Made by a program: the position numbers and the translations under genes. The notes under the pieces are model-generated. The model saw only the letters and a list, made by a program, of their open reading frames with translations, did not search any database and was not told the DNA's origin. Positions 49,610 through 62,327 of a DNA stretch of 64,000 bases are shown here, piece by piece (the stretch's first letter is position 1; every line of letters begins with the position of its first letter). Location: the NCBI GenBank assembly GCA_951406725.2, contig OX597825.1, positions 34,224,001 to 34,288,000 of the forward strand, written 5' to 3'. The stretch comes from Octopus vulgaris (taxonomy: Eukaryota).

Positions 49610-51000
49610 CTTCTTTTTATTGGCCACAAGATCTGAACACAAAACATACAGGGATGGTGCAATGCAAGGGTAGTTTAGCACAACAATTTGTACATACAAT
49701 TAAACAATAACAATTAACAACAAAAAATAAACAATAAAATTCTCCACATAATGGGAGTTCATCCTAAGGACAACCAAGGAACTCCACACATTTTCCTCAC
49801 CCTGACTTCCAAAGGCACCTCAAGCAAGCACCTCTCATCTTCTCAACCCTCCTGGCTTACAAGTGTATGTTCAGAGTAGGCCCATTCACATGGATCATCC
49901 TCACTATATTCACCCACCATTCAACAACAATACTAGGAGGCAGCACTTTCCTCAGCACCCTCATTTTCCTTTTCAAGTGGAACTTGAGAAAGTAAATGAG
50001 GGCTCAGCTGAAGAGAAAGTACCTGTCTTCAATCCTTTCAACCATGCCCACCACACTTCCTCTTTCGCCATAGCCATCAGACAGAGGAAAACTGCCTTCC
50101 CTTCGTGGCCAAAAGAAGATGGCAGGGTGATCCTCATGATGGAGTCGTCTGATAACCAGATTTGTCCTACATGCATCAACAGCTTTTTGACAATGCTCCA
50201 CAAATTTGAAATGAGTGCATGCAGAGAAGTTTCATTGCCCTATCCACATCTAGGACATGTCTGTCTGATGGCACTTCCAAGCTTGTAAAGCTTGTCTTGA
50301 ACTGGCAGAGCTCCCAGGTAACACTATTAGGCCAAGGATTTCTGGAAATTATAGATAGACTCCAGCCTGAAATTGCTCAATAAAAGACCAGATAATTGAT
50401 CCTTCCTAGAATTCCTCTGAGGACATCGTTGCTCTTGCCCACCACTAATCTTCTATAGAATTCCAATGTAGAATTTCCACTGACTACATTGCCTGACTAG
50501 CAGAGGGCTGTGAGACCCTGTTTTCACTCCAGATGCAAAGTGCCCTTTCTTGATCTATGCTTAATTCAGGACTGTAGCTCCATCAATGAGACAAGCTGCA
50601 GAAAATCCTGACTGATAAATGGTGGGCACACCTGCTCACCATCAAGGTAGTGCTAGAGGTGTTGCAGACTCAGTACATGTCTGCATATCATTAGCCATGG
50701 CATTCCCAGTCCTCCACTCAGCACCTGTTGACAGCAGATGGACCGACTGAGGAGTGGGACATGTCCCTTCTACAGGAAGTGGGAAGAGCAAGTGCTCCAG
50801 CTGATCAACCAGAAAACAGGGCAAAGGACAACAGTCAGATAGTAGTAGATGACAGTAGTGATGACAGCTTTCTCTCTGCTTATTTCTGGGGAGACTGGCT
50901 ACCCAGTTTGTCACCCACTCCAAGCTCTTGTCCAACAGGAGGTCCAGACCAAACAAGACCCAAAGCAATTTAACCAGTCCTTCTTGTCTAGTGTTCTACA
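49610..51000 (-). pseudogene. L1/Tx1-like LINE 3' remnant
   Basis: CPRCG.GNETSLHA (zf-RVT-like) and AKEEVWWAWLKG. Confidence 0.45.
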
Positions 51001-51027
51001 AGTAAGATGTAGTCTTATATTACATAC

Positions 51028-51094
51028 CTGGTAACTATGATGCATAACATACAAAGCAGGACTATTGTTGGTATAAGAACACTGCAAAGAATTA
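51028..51094 (-). CDS. Transmembrane exon of gene A
   Basis: catttcag|...|gtatgt, 67 nt, phase 1 to 2: (V)ILCSVLIPTIVLLCMLCIIVT(R). In frame with both neighbouring exons. Confidence 0.8.
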
Positions 51095-51898
51095 CTGAAA
51101 TGTTAAGAGAAAAATGGAAAGCATTAAAAAAGAGAATTTGCTTGTTTGATTTTTTGCTTCTTTAATGGTCAAACATTTCAACAATTTGTAGCTTTTTTGT
51201 TACCTTTAATATTATTTGAATTCATTCAAACACCATGTATCATTTTAATCACCTTTCATACTGTATTTAGGAGGAGAGCCATCTCAATATTCTTTCTCTG
51301 AAGTCATTGTTCTGATGAACATCAACCCAATTTGCTGCTTTCTCACTCCTCACACATCATCTGGACTGATTCGGGAGGCTGAGGTATTCTGTCTTTCTGA
51401 ACAGTAGACACTGCATCCACACCTCCATCCAGTATGAAAGTAACTGAATTTACCACCAATCCACACTGTAGGATCCTAGCAACTAATTATCAGAGAGCAA
51501 AAGAGACAAATCAGGGAATCAGCATGTAATTGCAACCAAATGTTCCTCGAATCACACTGTATCATCTTAAGAAGGTAAGAAACACTTGAAAAGCATGGAG
51601 TTAACCAGGAAAAAAAACAACTACCATCTAATCAATCTAAAACAGTTACAATAAGGACAGCTGTTATTTCACAAGACATTACTGTTTGTTAAAAAGATTG
51701 CTTTAAAACCATGTGATTCCAGGTTCAATCCCCCTCTGCAAAATCTTGGGTTGGTGAATAAATTACTTTTCCAATAGTTTTGTGTTGACCAATATCTTGT
51801 GAATGGTAGACAAAAATTGCGATGAATCCTGTTGTGTATGCTATTTGTTGGTTTGTATGTCTGAATGTTTATATGTACATAGGTAGGTAGGTATGTAC

Positions 51899-51933
<35 letters not shown>

Positions 51934-52672
51934 GCAAATAAGAAAATGGAGGAGAACAATTGTTGGTTCATCAAATTTAGGACATTAAAAATGTTAACTT
52001 ATTTATTTATTAATTATAACAACATACATACACATATTCTATACATATAAGATAAGGATACAAGTAATTATTTAAAAACATGACTATAAATTAGTAAAAT
52101 AACTTACAGCTGTTTCAGCCCATAGATAAAAGTATCTCATTCTGCCTATATTAGTCAAGTGTATTGAGGTAATGGGCAGATGAAAATGAGGTACTTATAT
52201 ATATATACATATCTCTAGGCTACCTCATTTTCATCTGCCTATTACCTGAATACACTTGACTAATATAGGCAGAATGAGATACTTTTATCTATGGGCTGAA
52301 ACAGCTGTAAGTTATTTACTAATTTATATTCATGGTTTTTAATCATTACTTGTATCTTTATCTTATATGCATAGAAAAATATACTATATGTATATATGTT
52401 ATTATAATTATCAGTTTAATAAATAAATAAGTTAACATTTTTAATGTCCTAAAGATGATGAACCAACTATTGTTCTCCTCCCTTTTCTTATTTGCAATAT
52501 AAATTAATGGTAAAATATCTCTTTACCTTCACCCATTCAATACACTAGGTAATGTTATTGCATTGCAGTAAAAAACACTTGTGTATTAATAATTGGGTAT
52601 TCTACCAACAGTATATTTGATAGATATTATCCCTTAGTGGGATGGATTCACAACCCCTAACTTTCTTGGAGT

Positions 52673-52680
<8 letters not shown>
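51934..52680. mobile_element. Fold-back element between (TA)n tracts with half-hammerheads
   Basis: Arms 51934-52193 / 52221-52495, each with GAAAcagctgTA but no CUGANGA. Related to 41398-42470, including the atcccttagtggg..aacccctaac end. Confidence 0.85.
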
Positions 52681-52710
<30 letters not shown>

Positions 52711-55700
52711 GCATGTTTGTATGTCTGTGGGGGGTGTATAAATTACATGCACATACACATGCCATCATCAACATCTTATGTCCGTTTTCAATGTTGATAT
52801 GGCCTGGATGGTTTGACAGAATCCAAGAGATTAAAGGATGATGTCTTGCTCAGATATCTCAGGTTCAGCATGGTTTTTACAACTGGATAATCTTCCTAAT
52901 TCAAACCACTTTACAAAGTGTACTGGATGCAGGTTTTCTGACATCGACACTAGAGAGGTTGTCATGCTTTTGTGTCATCTCAGCCATGCACCGGCTGAAA
53001 GGGAGAATAAGAGGGAAAAGGATGACTCTAGGTGAGGTGTTGAGGGAATAGTTAAAATAGGGTGGAAAGAACACTTTTATTGTTGTGAGACAGCAATTGT
53101 CAAGAGGAAACAATATTGGATTGGTGTAATGGAAATGACATAAGGAGATGGAAGGAAAAGATTAGTGTCACTGGTTAGTCATAGCAGGAGAGAGAGAAGG
53201 AGAGAGTTGGAGAAAGATAGAGAGAGCGAGAGAGAGGGGAGAGAAGATGGATGATGGGATAGGTTAAATAGAAGGGAAACCAGTACTGTGGTGACTCATC
53301 ACATTAAGCTCTAGAGGAATGGCTAATTACTCTAAAGCATTAACTAACTAACTACAATTAGGAGAGAATACTGTACCAACATCGACAACAGAATATATGC
53401 AATTGACCTGGAAACTTTCGCTATAGCTGTAGGCAAACTGTATAATGGGAAGGTACCTGGAAGAGATCTAATAATTGGATATTGGTACAAGTAGCTGACA
53501 TTTCACAGAAAGCCATTAATATGTATATTCAAAAGTCTATAGAAGGTCAGATTAACATATCAAATTGGCTTGCTTTAGCATGGATGAATATTGTGGCCAA
53601 GAACGAAACTACTGATTTGGCAACAAAATATCATTCCATTGCTTCCTTAAACATTATATACAAACACACTATCAGAACTCAAAATATAATCTCCTCTGTT
53701 ACCCTACAAACAAGAGAACATTCCAATACACAAGATATCTTTAAGGAATAGTATGAAATTCATTTGGAGAGTGAATCATTCAAGAAAAAGAACTCAGATG
53801 AAAAAGAGCTGGAATAATTTATTAAATCAAAGAAAAGAAGCATACAGGAAAGCAATTAAAAACGAAAATTTAACAGACACATACGCACAATAGATAAACC
53901 AAGAACCAGTGATTTTTCCACAAAAATTTCGTCCCAAGAAAATTACATCAGAACCAAATGAAGAAACAAAAGCCAGAATAAATCTTGCACACCAAAGACT
54001 CAAAGCATACATTAACATTCTAGAGCTTTGCACGCGTTGCTTTAAAGTGAAACTCGGGATATGTGACACCTTAATGCAAAAAGAAATCTCTGAACAAAGC
54101 AACGGAAAATTACTTGAAAAACTACAATGACATAGAGATACAAGAAGCCAAATCAAATAAAATACTTGAGTCGAAAACTCGATGGCTGCAAAACTGTGAA
54201 TAGAGATTCATGAAGAGACAAACCTTTTTTCATAATAACAAGAACAAAAAGAAACATAACCCCGTCCATACCAGTTTCCCCCCTACAGAGAGGTACAGAG
54301 ATGTAAGATGAAAATGTAAATCCCTTCATTCATGAGTCTCTCTGCTGAAATGATGGACAAGAAACAAAAACGTAATTTGAAAAAAAAATATTTTTAAATA
54401 ATGAAACAAAAAGCAGTGCAGGGAAAAGTTTAAAGTCTGATAAATTCACAGAAAAAAAGAAACTCACAGTTATTGTGATTATTTAAAAGACATTTTGGAA
54501 GAAAAGATAATATTCAGCAATGCAGTGCTCTGCAAGTGGTATACTGCTGCTCATTTGTGTGCCACAAGATGATGCTAGGTGTGCCGCAGTGTAACCTGAA
54601 TATAATCATTTTCCTTATAATTTTAGTTCTAGTTCTAGTTCAGGTGTGCCACCGAATTTTGAAAAGAATGTAAGTATACCACAAGCGTAAAAAAAGCTTG
54701 AGGTCTACAGGAGGCGAATTCCTAGCTAAAAAGTATTAGGGGCACAAAATGTTTGGAAATTCCTCGCTGAAGAAAATTCCCTGGCGATATATGATAAATA
54801 AGGCAGTTTTGTTTGGTTTGAAATCACTGCTCAATGTTTATTGTTTTGCTTCTGAAGTGAATTTAAAGCACAAGTGTGAACGATACTTTTGCTAGAAACA
54901 ACAGTTCAATTTAACATTGTCACAAGTATGAAAACCAGTGTTAAAGCTCTAACAATGAAGATTATAATATTATACTGCTTGTTCCTGTCTGTTTTTTTTT
55001 CTGTGTGTTACACTTTGGTCATCAAGGGAAGTTATAAGACAAATGTAGAAATAAACGTACCAAAAGAGAAGAAGGGGAGAAAGGGAAACAAAGAAATGGG
55101 AATAGTAGGATCAGTGAAAAAATAAGGAAAATATAATATCAGAAAAAGATTGAGCTAAACGAGTCCTATCTTGTGGATCTTTATCTATCTGGGTAGCAAG
55201 CATGATGGTAGAATATGAGAGATGATTGGTTTCTCATAAATGTCCAGATTTTAAGTTGGTAGAACTAATTTACAGAAAAGGTTTTGCGAGTAAATTTTTA
55301 AACTAGCAAAAGTTCAATTTGGATAAACCAAATGTAGTGTGATTCAAGACAGTATATTATTATATAAAGCTGGTTATAAAGACCAATTCATCAATGTAAA
55401 AATTAAATCAAAGAAAATTTCATTTGGGAAATACATTTCAAAAGGATTTAAGAATAGTATATACAACTTGTTATGAGGACTGCAACTAAAATAAAGCAAA
55501 AGTAGGTGTAACTTTTTAAGTAACTGACATAGGTCATTCAAATTGTATATGTTGGTACAATAACACTTCCATAGTAATGCTTCTTCCTTGTATTATTCCT
55601 CTTCATTAAGGCAGCAAACTGGAAGGATTGTTAGCTGGATGGACAAAATACTCAGCAGCATTTTGTCCATCTTATGTTCTGAGTTTAAATGCTGCATGAG

Positions 55701-56144
55701 TTGACTTTGTCTTTTTTGGTCGATGAAATAAGTACCAGCTGTGCAGTGGGATCACTGTAATTGACTAGACACCTCCCTTAAAGTTTCTGGCATTGTATCT
55801 ATAATAGAAAGGATTATTCTTCTTCATTGTAAACAAATAATAGGTTTCAAGGAGAAATAGGGTATTGCTACGGAGTTCTTGACAAAGTGGGGCTGCAGGC
55901 TGAGAAGGCTACAGGTTGTTGACAGAGATGACACGATTCACATTTCTGTCCATATTTCACAATTCACAGAGGGATCAGTGAAAATAAAAATGGGGAAAAA
56001 TATGATAGAAGAAGAAAATTGAGCTAAACAAGTCCTATCCTGTGTATGGACAGTTGGATGAATATGAACAATGTTGATAGATGGATGAAGAGGTTTATAG
56101 AAGGGGGCACAAGCATTCCATATACACTTTAAAGAAATACATAC

Positions 56145-56252
56145 CAAGAACTGATGTATTTTCCTCTGAACCTGTTTGATCATCTGTTGTAGTAATTATG
56201 TTAGAGGTACTGCCATATGGAATATATGGAATAGTTGGTTCCTTAACAATAT
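56145..56252 (-). CDS. Ser/Thr/Pro-rich stalk exon of gene A
   Basis: ttttttaatgcccag|...|gtatgt, 108 nt, phase 1-1: (D)IVKEPTIPYIPYGSTSNIITTTDDQTGSEENTSVL. Confidence 0.75.
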
Positions 56253-56353
56253 CTGGGCATTAAAAAAATGTCAAGCGGATAAATCTTTCACCTTTTACTA
56301 AATGTATATATACATATATATGTAAACACACATATATACATACATATATACAT

Positions 56354-56429
<76 letters not shown>

Positions 56430-56432
<3 letters not shown>

Positions 56433-56810
56433 AATGAGAGAGATGATCACTATGTGGACAACCCTTATGCTAGAAATAGATCCGCTGTGATTTTACCACT
56501 AAGAAATGTTCCCAAGAAAAATGAAAAGGAACAAAATATAAATTATCTATATTTTGTTACTTTACATTTGTGTTGCTCGTTTACATTCTGGTGTTTGCTA
56601 AATTTTTCTTGAGAACATTTCTTAGTGGTAAGACCACAGCGGATCTACTTCTAGCATAAGGGTTGTCCACATAGTGGTCATCCCTCTCATTTGTATATAA
56701 TACAGTTTACTGAACCTTCAGATTTTTAATATGCTAGACCACTGGTGTTAAATTGATGTTAGTTTAATTAAATCAATATCCAATTTCTCACCCTCATTTT
56801 AAATTGATAT
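56430..56810. mobile_element. Hairpin element next to (TA)n
   Basis: Arms 56430-56522 / 56602-56694. The tail cttcagattttt..atgctagaccactggt is shared with 61505-61540. Confidence 0.75.
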
Positions 56811-57060
56811 ATATACATTTCCTTTTATTCTTTTACTTGTTTCAGTCATTTGACTGCAGCCATACTGGAGCACCACCTTTAGTTGAGCAAATTTATCCCA
56901 GGACTAATTCTTTGTTAGCCTGGTATTTATTCTATCGGTCTCTTTAGCTGACCCACTAAGTTACGGGATGTAAACACACCAGCATCAGTTGTCAAGCGAT
57001 GTTGGAGGGACAAACACAGATACACAAACATGCACACACACACGCACACACACACACACA

Positions 57061-57091
<31 letters not shown>

Positions 57092-57453
57092 TCATGTGAA
57101 ATTCTTTAAGTGAATAGATGCACACACTTGGGTGTATGCATTGACAGGTCAACCAACACACCAACTCATCCCCATTCCCACCGGGAACTCCTTCAACACA
57201 AAAAATCTTGTTGCTTTGTTAGTAACTAGTCCCCACACCATCCTTTGACAACCTATGTTGGTTTGCTTACATCCCTGTAACATAGTGGTTTAACAAAAGA
57301 GACAGAGAGAATAAGTACTAGGCTTACAGAGAATAAGTCCAGGGATCAATTTGTTTGACTAAAGGCAGGGCTCTAGCATGGCTACAGTCAAATGACTGAA
57401 ACAAGTAAAAGCCTAAAAAAAGCGTTTGTGTATACATATATACATACACACAT

Positions 57454-57496
<43 letters not shown>

Positions 57497-57899
57497 GAGA
57501 GAGAGAGAGAAAGAGAGGAGGGAGAGAGGCATGGCTTGCAGGTGCAGGCATGGTTGTGCAGTAAGAAGCTTGCTTCCCAGCCACATGGTTCTGAGTTCAG
57601 TCTCACTGCATGGCACCATGGGCCAATGTCTTCTAGTTTAGCCTTTGGGGGTAACCAAAGCCTTGTGAGTGGATTTGGTTGACAGTAACTGAATGAAGCC
57701 TGTTGTATACATGTGCATGTATGTGAGTGTGTATTATGTGTGTGTGTGTGCATGCACGTGCATGCATGTGCATATGTTTCCGTTTGTGTTTGTCCTCCAC
57801 CACTGCTTGACAATTGATGTTGATGTGTTTCCGTCTCCATAAATTTGTTTCCTGCTGAACAAGTTATGTGAACTCTTCTCCTCAATCTGAGAACCAGGA

Positions 57900-59080
57900 T
57901 CAGTCCCACAGGACAATGGCAACAAATGTGAATGTGACAACCATAGAGGTATCTCCCATTTGTGTGTTGCCAGGAAGGTCCTTTGAAGGGTTTATCTTAA
58001 ACAGACTAAATGATGCCCTTGGCAGCATGGTGTCCCCTGAATCTCAGTGTAGATTTCAGGCTGGTAGAGGCACAGTGGATATGATTTTTAGCCTAAGGCA
58101 GAAGCAGGAAAAGGCCTGTGAGCACAACGGAAACCTTTTTGCAATTTTTGCAGATCTAACTAAAGCTTTCATTTCGGCACCATATCTAGAGATGCTCTTT
58201 GGGTTGTCCTTAAAAAGCTTGGCGTTTCAGAAAAGATGCTCAATGTCATCATTTCTTTCCATCAAGGGATGATGGCTTCTCTCAGATCTAGCATGAAACC
58301 ATTTGATTCATTCACACTTTCAAATGGGACAAAACGTGGCTGTGTTCTTGCACCACTCTTATTTGTTTTCTATTTCTCCAACATATTGGAAACAACATTC
58401 AAGGGTATTAAAGAAGGAGTAAAGTTTGAGCACAGAACTGGTTGTGGTTTGTTCAACCAACAGCATTTCAAAGCAAAAAGTAAGACTTTTGTGCAAACAG
58501 TTCAAGATTTACTATTCACAGCTGACTGTGCACTTGTAGCACACATTCTTGAGGACATGCTATGGATTCTAAACAGCTTCTCACTGACCATCAGTATCAA
58601 AAAAACTGAGGTTGTCCATCAACCCATTTGTGACCATCTTCCTGAAGTTACCCTACTGTATATGTTGATGGGAAAGCATTAAAAACTGTCACCTCCTTCA
58701 CCAACATAGGTGAATGAAAGACATCTTGTGCAACTGAAACCTGAGTGTCTTTTTGGTCAGCTGAGACAATTTGGGCGCAAACTTGGCAGATACGTGTCTC
58801 ATACCCAATTCTTCAGTGATAATGGACTGGTGATTGTGACCAAATTTGTGCAAACATGTAGGGATCCTGGCAAAATGCTGCTCCTCTAAATGGAAACCTT
58901 AACTGTCATTATAATTTTATAGCTCAAAGCAAAGCAGGTCTTGCCATCCACTCAAGAAAACACAGTGTGATTGATCCAATTACACTCAAGCAAACCGAGT
59001 CCTCAACTTGTTCCATTCACCAACAGGTTTTCAAAGCACTAGTAGGCTTCAAGAGACACATTCATGTCTATAGAACATGA
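57900..59080 (+). pseudogene. RTE LINE remnant with a mariner fragment at ~58715-58860
   Basis: PESQCRFQAGRGTVDMIF, DLTKAF, GTKRGCVLAPLLF and LFTADCAL. Confidence 0.8.
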
Positions 59081-59136
59081 TTAATGCTTTATTTTACTGA
59101 ACCCTCATTTGTAGTTCACATACAAGAGAATCCATC

Positions 59137-59215
<79 letters not shown>

Positions 59216-59501
59216 CATACATACATACATACATACCTACATACATACATACATACATGTATGTATGTATGTATCAGTATAAACCTTAAAAAGCCAAGAG
59301 GTATAAGGGGCGAATACATTTATTTAACCACTTGGCATCTATAGGATTACAGCTGTTTTGAAACATTCTTTATGCAGTAATAATTTCAGTGTGCAATAAA
59401 TTATGTTCACATGATTACATCCATATGCATGATGTGTATTATACAATACGATTGTATATTCACAAATCATTAAATTGTTGGTATTACTTCGATATTCTGG
59501 T

Positions 59502-59605
59502 GATCTGATGATTAGCTTACTTTACTTGCATTCATTTGTGAAGAGGAATTGTATAATGCACTGAAATTCTTTCTTCATGAAGTAGGCTGCGAAACAACTG
59601 TAACC
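59502..59605 (+). ncRNA. Degenerate hammerhead motif
   Basis: gat CTGATGA ttagcttactt...aagtaggctgc GAAA caactg TA acc. An inverted partial copy (ataggattacagctgttt) lies at ~59341-59358. Confidence 0.5.
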
Positions 59606-59880
59606 CTATGGATGTTAAACGTTAAATAAATATATTCAATTCTGATATTGCCTGATGTTTTGTGGCTTATATACTACTAATTGAAATAATTTCATTGATT
59701 GGATCTTATGTATTTCAGCTACATGGACACTCTGCATTACACTATTCTGTATTGTATTATCATGTGGTCTGCTAGCTGAGTCTGGTAGAGGAGCTTTCTG
59801 TGACAGCCACACAATTCACTGAATCTATATCTTGTACTACGTTTTTATACTGATACACACACACACACACACATACAACA

Positions 59881-59923
<43 letters not shown>

Positions 59924-59974
59924 ATGTATATATACATATGTATGTATGTGTATATGTATGAATATATATGTAAA

Positions 59975-60850
59975 CGTGGTCTGATCAATATGTATCCAGA
60001 TTGTTGCTACAGTAACGAAGCTCGAGTATGGAGAGTGAAGCTGCTTGGCACAGATTGACCATGAACTCTGCTGCACATGCGCACTAAGATTTAATGTTCT
60101 AGCTCACTTCCGCCTTTTACAGCAGAGCTTGGAAGGTAGGTGTGTAGTGTGTGATCATCGCATTGACCATGACAGAGAAACTTGAGCAGAGAATCTGCAT
60201 CCAATTTTGCCAAAAGCTTGGCAATACCTGCTTAGCGGCCTACACAAAGTTTTTATAAAGTTTTCATCATTCTCGACACCATCAAAGATATCTTGTGCAA
60301 CTGAAACCTGAATGTCTTTTTGGTCAGCTGAGAGCAGTTTTGGCACAAATTTGGCAGACACATGTCTCATACCCAAATCTTCGGTGATAATGGACTGAAC
60401 TGAAACATAACTAATCTGCACATCCTCTAATAACACATGGATGGTGATTTGATGATTTCTCCTCAGCTGCATGCTCATTTGCAATGTTTTTCTCAGTTCT
60501 GCTGGTTGCGTGTCTCTCAGAACAGTCGTCAATATCAACATTTTTTCGGCCATCTTGGAAACATCTGAACTACTTGTACACTTGTGTGCAGCTCATGCAC
60601 TGTTATCTATACACTTTTAGCAACTTTACGTAGGCTTCTGAGTAGGTGTCACCATAATAACTTTCTCTGTCATAATCAATGTGATGATCACACGCTACAC
60701 ACCTTCCTTCCAAGCACTGCTGTAACCAGCAAAAGTGAGCTAGAACATTAAAAGCAGAGTTCAATGTCAAGCTGTGCCAAGTGGCTTTACTTTGCATGCT
60801 TTGGTTTCATTACCATGGCAACAGTCCAGATACTCATTGATCAGACTTCG
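59975..60850. mobile_element. mariner-derived element with two inverted 5' ends
   Basis: TIRs cgtggtctgatcaatatgtatccaga / tccagatactcattgatcagacttcg. ~60080-60180 is inverted at ~60660-60755. VSAKFVPKLLS motif on the minus strand. Confidence 0.75.
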
Positions 60851-61130
60851 TATATGTGTGTGTGTGTGTATGTCTGTGCGTGTATGTATATATCAAATTA
60901 TATATATATATATATATTTTAAAATATTTGTATAATTTTACTTATAAAGGTTATTTTAACATACTGATCTACTTATTGAAATTATTAATTAATTGATTGA
61001 TTAAGTAATTAATTTAATTAATAAATTTTACCGTTTTATTATTAATAATATATATATATATATATACATATATATCTGTATGTATATATATATATATAGA
61101 TATATGTATTTGTATATATGTGTATGTATG

Positions 61131-61169
<39 letters not shown>

Positions 61170-61173
<4 letters not shown>

Positions 61174-61579
61174 AATATTAGGGTAATAAAAATTTTAGAA
61201 TTTTTTTACTACCAGTGGTCTAGCGTAAAAAGATTAGTCAATAGACTATATATTATTCATATAAAATACAGTGTATAAAATTTAGAGGACTGACCTCTAA
61301 AAAAATGGACAGCCTATATGCTAGATATAGACGTCAAAATCGGCATTTTCCATGAAGAATGTGTTCTGAAGAAAAAATTCAGCTGAACTTTTCTTGAGAA
61401 TACATTCTTCGTGGAAAATGGCAATTTTGACATCTATATCTAGCATATAGACTGTCCATTTCTTTAGTGGTCAGTCTTCTAAATTTTGTATGTAAAAATT
61501 TTTAATCTTCAGATTTTTTTAAATATGCTAGGCCACTGGTTTTCATTCTTTAATATCAATTTCTACACTTATTTAATTT

Positions 61580-61585
<6 letters not shown>
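61170..61585. mobile_element. Palindromic element between (TA)n tracts
   Basis: Arms ~61274-61382 / 61383-61490, centred on cagctg. The left end resembles 4361-4450 (agggta..accag.ggtc..tagtcaatagactatata). Confidence 0.8.
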
Positions 61586-61634
<49 letters not shown>

Positions 61635-61674
61635 TTATTACTCGCTAACTGCCTAGACATATGATATAATTTAC

Positions 61675-61768
61675 CTTCGGGCTTTAATTGACAGCCTTTG
61701 TTGTCGGCACCAGGGTCATCGAGTGTGCATCTATAAGTAGCTGAAGTATTCAAATTCATCAAATAAAT
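61675..61768 (-). CDS. Extracellular exon of gene A (possible PLAT C-terminal strands)
   Basis: aattctttgcag|...|gtaaat, 94 nt, phase 0 to 1: IYLMNLNTSATYRCTLDDPGADNKGCQLKPE. In frame with 56145-56252. Confidence 0.7.
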
Positions 61769-61816
61769 CTGCAAAGAATTGAAATAAAATGTAAAGCACA
61801 TTGCAAGTAACACACA

Positions 61817-61856
<40 letters not shown>

Positions 61857-62119
61857 TGTATGTATGTATGAATGTATGTATGCATGAATGTATATATGTA
61901 TGTATGTATATATATATATGTGTGTGTATATATATATATATATAAAATCCATGGTTTGAATTTTGGCTGGTCCTTCTAGCATGTTAGGTGTCCTGTCAGG
62001 GAACCTCTTAAATGTACACTAATTTTATATGAATAATATATAGTCTATTGACTATTTTCTGCATGCAGGCCACTAGTAGAAAAATTTCTATAATTTTCCT
62101 ACCCTGTATATTTTTCCTA

Positions 62120-62186
<67 letters not shown>

Positions 62187-62289
62187 GGAGTAAACACATA
62201 AATGTGAAAACAAGATGGAAAAAAGAGTACTCGAATACCAGTGGTAGAGTAATATGCTTTATTTAAAGCAGCAGAAAATTCAACAAAAC

Positions 62290-62327
62290 CTGTTACTCTG
62301 AGTTTCCCATTGCCGTTCGTCGGACAG
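62290..62327 (-). ncRNA. Hammerhead-like motif with CCGACGA core variant
   Basis: Minus strand reads ctgt CCGACGA acggcaatgg GAAA ctcagag TA acag. Adjacent to (TA)n. Confidence 0.45.

Noticed and set aside
61366-61410. Hammerhead at CTGAAGA in the 61.3-kb palindrome
   Set aside because: There is no properly placed GAAA, stem III or UH. The opposite arm reads ctcaaga, suggesting a chance substitution.
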